This document shows, in pieces, positions 57,090-64,000 of a DNA stretch of 64,000 bases (the first letter of the stretch is position 1; each line of letters opens with the position of its first letter). The stretch is from Deltaproteobacteria bacterium. GTDB lineage: Bacteria; Myxococcota_A; Polyangia; GCA-2747355. A program made the position numbers and the translations under genes. The notes below the pieces were generated by a model, which saw only the letters and a list, made by a program, of their open reading frames with translations, was not told where the DNA came from and made no database searches. The stretch lies in the NCBI GenBank assembly GCA_020633415.1, contig JACKDQ010000002.1, positions 390,945-454,944 on the forward strand, written 5' to 3'.

Positions 57090-59108
57090 ATGAGTCGGTT
57101 GCTGCGCTGCCCCAACTGCGGCGGTGAACATCAGCTCGCTAACCCGGGCATCACGATGATCGTCTGTCATTACTGCCAGACGACCGTGTACTGGGGCGAG
57201 GACGCCGTGCTGAAAACCGGCGGTCAGTCGATTCTGCCGGAGAGCGACGCACGTCTTTATCTGCACGCCACCGGCAAACTGTCAGGAACCGGTTACCAAG
57301 TCATCGGACACCTGCACTATGCCCATGACCGCGGTTCCTGGGACGAGTGGTATCTGCAACTCGACGACGGTCGCGTCGCCTGGGTCAGCGAGGACGAGCG
57401 CAAGCTGACCTTGGAAATGGCCCAGCAGGTCCAACAGGCGCCCGCTGTCTCGCAATTGGTAGTCGGCGCCGGCGCGCTGATCGCCGACACTCAGTTCACC
57501 GTGCGCGAGCTGGGCGTCGCCGAGTGCCGCGGCGGCGAGGGACAGCTGCCGTTCGCCATCCTACCCGGAGAGCGCTACACCTACGCCGACATCGCCTCGC
57601 TCGATGGCCAGCACTTCGCCACGCTGGAATATGACGAGAATCGCTCAGTGCCAACCTGCTATGTCGGGCGCACCCTCAGCCACAGCGAGCTCACGATCGA
57701 CGACGAAAAGCCGCCCTCAACGGCCGCTGGACATCAAGGGCAGCATATCGAGTGCAGCAATTGCAAAGGGCCACTCGAGATTCCACATGATCGTGAGGTT
57801 CAGACCCAGGTCTGCGAGTACTGCGGCGCCCAGCTCGATTTGACCAGCGCCGAGCGCAAGGTGCTCGGCGTCAATCCCAGCGATTTCGAGGCCGGCTTCA
57901 ACTTTGAGATCGGCGAGGCAGCCAACTTCTACGGCGCCCGCTACGAAGTCTGCGGCAGAATGGTCTATACCGATGGTGAAGGCTATCGTTCGCGCGAATA
58001 CCTGCTTTTTGAAAAGAACAGTGGCTATCTCTGGTTGGCCGAGGAGAACGGTCACTACGTACTCAACCGACCCACTCAGCAGGCCCCTTCGGTCTCGCCG
58101 TTTCGTCTGGCACCGAAAACCTCGGTATCCGCAGCGGGCAAGCGTTTTCGCGTCTACGAAAGCGGGACAAGTGAACTGATCTACGTCGACGGAGCGCTAC
58201 CCTGGTTGGCGCGCGTCGGCGATAGCTTCTACTACGCCGACCTGATCGCTCCGCCGCAGATGTTCTGCGCAGAAAGCGACGGCGACGAGATCGAATACTT
58301 CCACGGCCGCTACATGCCGGCGCCCGAGGTCTGGACGGCCTTCGGAAAATCCGACCTAGCCCCCCGCCCCTGGGGCGTCCACGGTGCGCAACCGTTTCAG
58401 CGGAGTGGCATCGCCAAACTGTTGATGGCGGTCGGCGCGCTGTTTGCCGTGATCAACTTGGGCTTTGTCTTCTGGTCTGCCGGCAAGAGTGGCCACGTCG
58501 TCTACCAACAAACGTTCCCCCCAAGCCGCTACCTCAACGAGACCGTCAGTGCGCCGTTCGAGGTCAAGGGCGGCAACGTGATGGCGATGCGCATTTCCGC
58601 GCCGCTATCCAATTCGTGGATCGCTCTCGATGCTGCCGTCGTCGACGACAAAGATCGCGTGATCATGGAAGTCGATGGCGGTGAGATCTCCTACTACTCC
58701 GGCTATAGCGGCGGAGAACATTGGAGCGAGGGCCGCACACGCAGCACCAACTATTTCAAAGCACCGCAGCCGGGCAACTATCGACTGATCATCAAGGCCA
58801 GCGCCGGGCATGGCGACTTCAATGGTGGACCGCGCGGCGAGCCGCTGTCGATCCGCATCACCCAGGGCGCCGTGCTATCGCGCTACTTCGTCACCGCCTT
58901 CGTGATCTGTGCGCTGTTTCCGGTCTTCGAGTGGCTTCGTCGCCGATTGTTCGAAAAGCGCCGCTGGGCGGCCGTGCTCGATGACGATGACGACGATGAT
59001 GACGACGATCAACCCTCCTATACCGCAATATCGCGCCCGAGCTCGCCCTCGGTGCCCGGCTCCTGGGGCTCGAGTGGCGGCGGCTCCGATTGGACAAAGG
59101 GTAGCTGA
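57090..59108 (+). CDS. Zinc-ribbon + tandem DUF4178 domain membrane protein with a poly-Asp tail
   Basis: CPNCGGEH...CHYCQ ribbon. Two DUF4178-like modules (YQVIGHLHYAHDRGSWDEWYLQLDDGRVAWVSED; RYEVCGRMVYTDGEGYRSREYLLFEKNSGYLWLAEE) and an internal CSNC...CEYCG ribbon. Two TM helices and a D9 run. Confidence 0.7.
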   Translation: MSRLLRCPNCGGEHQLANPGITMIVCHYCQTTVYWGEDAVLKTGGQSILPESDARLYLHATGKLSGTGYQVIGHLHYAHDRGSWDEWYLQLDDGRVAWVSEDERKLTLEMAQQVQQAPAVSQLVVGAGALIADTQFTVRELGVAECRGGEGQLPFAILPGERYTYADIASLDGQHFATLEYDENRSVPTCYVGRTLSHSELTIDDEKPPSTAAGHQGQHIECSNCKGPLEIPHDREVQTQVCEYCGAQLDLTSAERKVLGVNPSDFEAGFNFEIGEAANFYGARYEVCGRMVYTDGEGYRSREYLLFEKNSGYLWLAEENGHYVLNRPTQQAPSVSPFRLAPKTSVSAAGKRFRVYESGTSELIYVDGALPWLARVGDSFYYADLIAPPQMFCAESDGDEIEYFHGRYMPAPEVWTAFGKSDLAPRPWGVHGAQPFQRSGIAKLLMAVGALFAVINLGFVFWSAGKSGHVVYQQTFPPSRYLNETVSAPFEVKGGNVMAMRISAPLSNSWIALDAAVVDDKDRVIMEVDGGEISYYSGYSGGEHWSEGRTRSTNYFKAPQPGNYRLIIKASAGHGDFNGGPRGEPLSIRITQGAVLSRYFVTAFVICALFPVFEWLRRRLFEKRRWAAVLDDDDDDDDDDQPSYTAISRPSSPSVPGSWGSSGGGSDWTKGS

Positions 59109-59329
59109 TGAGGTGGATCGGTTTCTTGCTCGCGCTGCTTCTCTTCACCGGCTCGACGGCGGGAGCGCTAGTCGCTTCTACGCTGGGCTGGGGGTTGCCC
59201 GGCCTGCTGTCGAAGCCGGTTAGCATTCGTCAATCGAGCGTCCGCAGTGGCTCGGGTCGCGGTCCAGTATTTCTCTATTTCGGCAGCCGCCGGCGACACT
59301 TCGGTGGCGGATTCCACGGCGGCAAGTAG
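59108..59329 (+). CDS. Small membrane/secreted protein, Gly/Arg-rich C-terminus
   Basis: The ATG shares one base with the upstream stop (TGATG at 59106-59110). N-terminal helix WIGFLLALLLFTGSTAGALVA. Confidence 0.45.
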   Translation: MRWIGFLLALLLFTGSTAGALVASTLGWGLPGLLSKPVSIRQSSVRSGSGRGPVFLYFGSRRRHFGGGFHGGK

Positions 59330-59350
59330 CCGCACTAGAAGGAGAGCGAG

Positions 59351-59575
59351 ATGCAACAGTTCCTCGCCGAGCTCAAACCAGCGCTAATGGTCTCAACCAT
59401 CGTCTATGCGTTGATCGGCATGATCATCTTCGGCCTGGCGTTTGCGATCTTCAACAAACTGATGCCCTTTTCCGTGCGCAAAGAGATCGAAGAGGACCAG
59501 AACACTTCGCTCGGTATCATCATCGGCGCCTTTCTGATCGGCCTGGCGATGATCATTTCCGCCGCGATGCATTAG
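59351..59575 (+). CDS. DUF350 (YjfL-like) small integral membrane protein
   Basis: SD AAGGAGAG lies 7 nt upstream. Two TM helices flank ...FSVRKEIEEDQNTSLG... Paralogue of 7011..7244. Confidence 0.75.
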   Translation: MQQFLAELKPALMVSTIVYALIGMIIFGLAFAIFNKLMPFSVRKEIEEDQNTSLGIIIGAFLIGLAMIISAAMH

Positions 59576-59674
59576 CAGCGTGCGAAGAGCCCGCAGGGCG
59601 CACAGCCTGTACCCAGGGCGCGCAGCGCGCCACCCTTTGCCCGTAAGCAACGAGCTGTCGTCGTTCCTTTGCCG

Positions 59675-61243
59675 ATGAGCGCCAGACCTCAAGATTCCAT
59701 CGAACGCGTACGCGGTTCAGCCACGCTGCTGCTGATCTCTGTTTTCGTCATCGCCACCTGTGGACTCGTCTACGAACTGGTCACCGGCGCTCTAGCCTCT
59801 TACCTGCTCGGCAGCGCGGTCACGCAGTTCTCTTTGGTGATCGGATTGTTTCTCAGCGCGATGGGCCTGGGAAGCTTCCTCTCACGCTACGTCACGCGTC
59901 GTCTGCTTTCGACGTTCTTGTTCGTCGAGCTGCTCGTCGGCATCGTCGGGGGCTCCGCCGCTCTGCTGCTCTTTCTTTGTTTCGCCACCATCGGACTCTT
60001 CATGCCCGTGCTGGTCTTGGTCTCACTGACCGTCGGCACACTCGTCGGCTTGGAAATCCCACTGCTCGTCCGTATCATGCGCACACGCCTCGACCTCTCG
60101 GCCGCGCTATCGAGCGTGCTCGGCGTCGATTATCTCGGTGCGCTCGCCGCCGCTTTGCTCTTTCCGCTCTTGATGTTGCCGCACTTGGGGCTGGTGCGTA
60201 CCGGCTTTTTCTTCGGCCTACTCAACGTCGTTGTCGCGGTGATCGGACTCTATGTATTCCGCGAACTGCTTAGCCGACGCATCGCCTTGCTGCTGCGCTG
60301 GACTGCTCTGGCCGTCGCAGCGCTGCTACTGACCGGACTGTTCACTGCAGGCAAAACCACCGCCCTGCTCGAGGACTCGCTCTACGACGACGACGTCGTC
60401 TACGCCAAAACGACAAAGTTCCAACGCCTGGTGATCACGCGCTGGCGCAACGACTTGCGGCTGTTTATCGATGGCAACATCCAGTTCTCGAGCATCGACG
60501 AGTTTCGCTACCACGAAGCGCTGGTCCACCCTCCGCTGAGCGCGCTGAATGCGCCTCGTGACATATTGCTGCTCGGTGGCGGAGACGGCCTCGCAGCGCG
60601 CGAAGTACTCAAGTACGCCAGCGTCCGCCACATCGACCTGGTCGACCTCGACCCGGAGATGACCCGATTGTTTTCGACCCTCGAGCCACTCGTAGCGCTC
60701 AACAAAGGTTCATTGCGCGATCGCCGAGTTCAGGTGACCAACGCCGACGCCCAAGCATTCCTCGAGCGAACCGACCGCAGTTACGACGCGATCTTGATCG
60801 ACCTACCCGACCCAAATAACGAAAGCCTAGCTCGGCTTTACACGCGTAGCTTTTATCGCTTGGTCAGCCGCCGCCTCCGCCAGCACGGCGTCTTGGTCAC
60901 TCAGGCGACGAGTCCATTTTACGCCACAGACGCGTTTTGGTGCATCGCCAACACCCTCGGCGCTACGCGACCAGCTCGACCAGCCACAAAGCTTCACGTG
61001 GCGCCCTACCACGCCGACGTGCCTTCGTTTGGCGATTGGGGCTTCGTGATCGCCAGCTTCCGACCGATCGACACCGACTCCCTCAAAGTCCGCGTCCCCA
61101 CCCGCTACCTCAACGATCGCTTGCTCCGCGCGCTGTTTGCATTTCCCAAGGATATTGGACCGCGTGACACCGCGGTCAACCGCCTCGACGAGCCCGCCCT
61201 GCTGCGGCTATACGCACGCGGCTATCAGCGCTACAACAAGTAG
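59675..61243 (+). CDS. Membrane-anchored polyamine aminopropyltransferase (spermidine-synthase-like) with a 7-TM N-terminal domain
   Basis: The N-terminal ~220 aa are polytopic. The C-terminal domain has YHE.LVHP, LLLGGGDGLAAREVLKY, IDLVDLDPEM, ILIDLPDPNN and LVTQATSP. Confidence 0.85.
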   Translation: MSARPQDSIERVRGSATLLLISVFVIATCGLVYELVTGALASYLLGSAVTQFSLVIGLFLSAMGLGSFLSRYVTRRLLSTFLFVELLVGIVGGSAALLLFLCFATIGLFMPVLVLVSLTVGTLVGLEIPLLVRIMRTRLDLSAALSSVLGVDYLGALAAALLFPLLMLPHLGLVRTGFFFGLLNVVVAVIGLYVFRELLSRRIALLLRWTALAVAALLLTGLFTAGKTTALLEDSLYDDDVVYAKTTKFQRLVITRWRNDLRLFIDGNIQFSSIDEFRYHEALVHPPLSALNAPRDILLLGGGDGLAAREVLKYASVRHIDLVDLDPEMTRLFSTLEPLVALNKGSLRDRRVQVTNADAQAFLERTDRSYDAILIDLPDPNNESLARLYTRSFYRLVSRRLRQHGVLVTQATSPFYATDAFWCIANTLGATRPARPATKLHVAPYHADVPSFGDWGFVIASFRPIDTDSLKVRVPTRYLNDRLLRALFAFPKDIGPRDTAVNRLDEPALLRLYARGYQRYNK

Positions 61244-61265
61244 CGCTGACGCGATCAACACCCGA

Positions 61266-63671
61266 CTAGTGCGAGGTCCGCGTGCCGTGGGTCAGCCGCC
61301 AATCGAGCGCCGTGGACGGCTCGGACAGAAAGGCTGAGGGCTTGCGCAAGCGCAGCGCTTGGCGCAAGACATCATCCATGTGCGACACTGGAACGATCTC
61401 GACGGCGCGTCGCACAGAGAGCGGGATCTCTTTGATGTCCTTTTCGTTGTCCTGAGGAACCAGCATCAGCTGAACTTCGGAGCGAAAGGCAGCCAACGCC
61501 TTGTCTTTCAGTCCGCCGATTTCGAGCACGCGGCCACGCAGCGTGATCTCGCCGGTCATCGCGACTTCACGTCGTACCGGAATCTGCAGCAACGCCGAAG
61601 CCATCGCCGTGGCGATCGCAATTCCCGCAGACGGTCCATCTTTGGGAATCGCTCCCTCCGGGCAATGCACGTGGATCTCAACACCTTGATAAAAGTCCGG
61701 ATCGAGACCGAGGCTAGACGCTCGACTGCGCAGGTAGCTCAGTGCCGCTTGCGCCGACTCCTGCATCACATCGCCCAGCTTGCCCGTCAGTAGCAGTTTG
61801 CCCTTGCCGGGCATCACCGTGACTTCGGTGCTCAACAGCTCGCCCCCATGTGAGGTCACCGCCAGGCCGTTGACCATGCCGATAAAATCGGTCTCCTCGC
61901 GTTTGTCGACGCGATACTTCGGCACGCCGAGGTATTTGCTGACCGCACTGCGCGTCACGCGCAGCGAGCGATTCTTCGGGTCAGCGATGTGAGCGCGCGC
62001 AAGCTTTCGGCAGATCGCCGCGATCTGTCGCTCAAGATCGCGCACGCCAGCTTCTTTGCTGTAGTGATTAACGATCGTTAGCAGCGCCCCATCGGATAGC
62101 GTCACATCAAGCCCCGCTAACCCGTTGGCCTTGAGCTGCTTGGGCACCAGGTAACGACGGGCGATCGAAAGCTTCTCCTCATCGGTATAGCCTGGAAGCT
62201 CGATGATCTCCATGCGGTCGCGCAACGGCAGCGGTATGTCAGCCAAACTGTTGGCCGTGGTGATAAACATCACGTCGGAGAGATCGTAATCGAGATCGAG
62301 GTAGTGATCGTTGAAGGCATCGTTCTGCTCGGGGTCAAGCACCTCGAGTAATGCCGACGACGGATCGCCACGGAAATCCGTCGACATCTTGTCGACCTCG
62401 TCGAGCAAAAAGACGGGGTTCGATGTCCCCGCACGCCTCAGGTGCTGGATAATTTTGCCGGGCAGCGCACCAATGTACGTGCGCCGATGCCCGCGAATCT
62501 CAGCTTCGTCGCGTACGCCCCCGAGAGACAGTCGGACGAAATTTCGCCCGGTCGCACGAGCGATGCTCCGACCGAGCGACGTTTTGCCAACTCCGGGTGG
62601 ACCGACGAAACAAAGGATCGGCCCCTTGAGCTTACCGACGAGTGAGAGTACAGCGAGATGTTCTATGATGCGCTGCTTGATCTTATCCAGGCCGTAATGG
62701 TCTTCCTCGAGGATCTGCGCGGCGCGCTCGATGTTGAGTTCTTCCTCTGAGCGCTCGGACCAGGGCAACGCGATCACCCAGTCGATATAATTGCGAACCA
62801 CCGTCGCTTCGGCGGAAAGTGGCGCCATCATCTTCAGCTTGCGCAATTCGCGCTCTAGCCGTTCGTTGGCTTCGGCCGACATTTCCTTAGCGGCGATCTG
62901 CTGCTGAACTTCGAGGATTTCGCTTTGGAACTCGTCCTGTTCGCCAAGTTCCTTCTGGATCGCCTGCATCTGCTCGTTGAGGTAGTACTCGCGTTGGCCA
63001 CGCTCCATCTGTCGCTTGACCCGCGTGCGGATGCGCTTTTCCGTCTGCAGGATTTCGATCTCCTCCTGCAGCACTTTGAGCAGCATTTCCATCCGCGTCT
63101 CGACGCCGATCACCTCAAGCAGCTCTTGCTTCTGCTCAACCTTGAGCGACAAGTGGGCAGCGATCGTGTCGACCAAGAAATCCGCCTCGTCGATCGCCTG
63201 CACGGCGACCAGGATCTCGGCGTCGATCTGCTTGTTGAGCTTGACGTAGGTTTCGAAAGCCGAAATCAGCGCACGACTGAGGGCCTCGGTCTCGACATCA
63301 AGCCGCGTCTGCTCGGCAATATCCTCGACCTCGACGGAAAGCGAGGAGGCGTCGTCGATGAAGTTGAGAATCTTCACGCGACGCAAGCCGCCGACGAACA
63401 CTTTCACCGTGCCATCGGGCAACCGCAAAAGGCGCTTTATCTCCGCGCAGGTACCAACAGAGAACACCTCTGCCGCGTTGGGATCGTTTTCTCGCGCATC
63501 GCGCTGAGCAGCGAGAACGATCTCTTTGGTTTGCTCCATTGCGGCCTCGACCGCCGCGATCGAGCGCTTGCGACCAACGAATAGCGGCATCACCGTGTGC
63601 GGAAAGATCACGATGTCGCGAAGTGGCAAGAGCGGGAGCAGATAGGTTTTGGGTGAATCAGATTGGCTCAT
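61266..63671 (-). CDS. lon: ATP-dependent Lon protease
   Basis: [15 protein letters not shown]-terminal domain, Walker [19 protein letters not shown], proteolytic [11 protein letters not shown] 63671 chosen over 63710. Confidence 0.95.
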   Translation of the reverse strand: MSQSDSPKTYLLPLLPLRDIVIFPHTVMPLFVGRKRSIAAVEAAMEQTKEIVLAAQRDARENDPNAAEVFSVGTCAEIKRLLRLPDGTVKVFVGGLRRVKILNFIDDASSLSVEVEDIAEQTRLDVETEALSRALISAFETYVKLNKQIDAEILVAVQAIDEADFLVDTIAAHLSLKVEQKQELLEVIGVETRMEMLLKVLQEEIEILQTEKRIRTRVKRQMERGQREYYLNEQMQAIQKELGEQDEFQSEILEVQQQIAAKEMSAEANERLERELRKLKMMAPLSAEATVVRNYIDWVIALPWSERSEEELNIERAAQILEEDHYGLDKIKQRIIEHLAVLSLVGKLKGPILCFVGPPGVGKTSLGRSIARATGRNFVRLSLGGVRDEAEIRGHRRTYIGALPGKIIQHLRRAGTSNPVFLLDEVDKMSTDFRGDPSSALLEVLDPEQNDAFNDHYLDLDYDLSDVMFITTANSLADIPLPLRDRMEIIELPGYTDEEKLSIARRYLVPKQLKANGLAGLDVTLSDGALLTIVNHYSKEAGVRDLERQIAAICRKLARAHIADPKNRSLRVTRSAVSKYLGVPKYRVDKREETDFIGMVNGLAVTSHGGELLSTEVTVMPGKGKLLLTGKLGDVMQESAQAALSYLRSRASSLGLDPDFYQGVEIHVHCPEGAIPKDGPSAGIAIATAMASALLQIPVRREVAMTGEITLRGRVLEIGGLKDKALAAFRSEVQLMLVPQDNEKDIKEIPLSVRRAVEIVPVSHMDDVLRQALRLRKPSAFLSEPSTALDWRLTHGTRTSH

Positions 63672-63822
63672 ACCTGGCCAATATAGCACCGCGTTCCGGC
63701 AGCGCGCCAATTACCGCTGAATGACGGGCCAACGGCAACTCACCGAAAGTGCGAATGATTTTAATGGCAATCCACAGCGCGCATGAAATCGGCGCGGCGA
63801 TGTTGCTGTGCTGATTCGGCGC

Positions 63823-64000
63823 TCAGCGACCGCCGCGGGCCGCCTCTTTGGCGTAGACGACGATCGGCGTGCCGCCGTTGTCGATCACGTCCTCGTTGAT
63901 CAGGACCTCTTTGATGTTTTCCTGCGAGGGAATGTCAAACATGATGTCGAGCATCGCGTTTTCAAGGATCGCTCGCAGGCCGCGCGCTCCGCTTTTCAAG
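63823..64000 (-). CDS. clpX: 3' end of clpX (ATP-dependent Clp protease ATP-binding subunit), truncated by the window edge
   Basis: Minus-strand translation ...[58 protein letters not shown] matches the ClpX C-terminus. The classic clpX-lon order is present. Confidence 0.85.
   Translation of the reverse strand, partial: LKSGARGLRAILENAMLDIMFDIPSQENIKEVLINEDVIDNGGTPIVVYAKEAARGGR

Noticed and set aside
62925-63584. 219-aa plus-strand ORF
   Set aside because: It is antisense to lon.

Overview
High-GC (roughly 60-65% by eye) bacterial chromosomal window, densely coding on both strands. I support about 55 protein-coding genes and found no rRNA, tRNA or CRISPR array. The gene content looks Myxococcota- or deltaproteobacterium-like, which is inference only: many lipoproteins, paralogous secreted beta-propeller proteins, an ECF sigma factor, an atypical Hsp70, a TonB-C/AgmX-like tail, a membrane pyrophosphatase and a eukaryote-type UGPase. 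Clear housekeeping genes include GH57 glucan enzyme, UGPase, PssA, fused Hcy-methyltransferase/MetF, HppA, two-domain dCTP deaminase, CysM, FeoAB, Lon and the 3' end of clpX. Stretches worth a second look: (1) a translationally coupled operon of ECF sigma, anti-sigma, signal-peptide caspase-fold (C14) protein with a beta-barrel-like C-terminus, and a small lipoprotein (37.3-41.3 kb). It is followed by a low-GC lipoprotein gene behind the most AT-rich promoter of the window and an orphan CpaF-like ATPase. (2) A low-GC single-gene cassette (a PoNi/DUF1911-like orphan immunity candidate) bracketed by 31-nt direct repeats (45.46-46.45 kb), near an IS200/RayT-like HUH transposase-family gene. (3) A same-strand run feoAB, DUF4178, small TM protein, DUF350, membrane-anchored spermidine-synthase-like enzyme (54.6-61.2 kb). 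(4) A second DUF350 gene lying between a secreted protein and a degenerate Hsp70. (5) A GGDEF cyclase translationally coupled to a MinD/FlhG-type ATPase. All family assignments come from motifs read by eye in the supplied translations. No database search was run.
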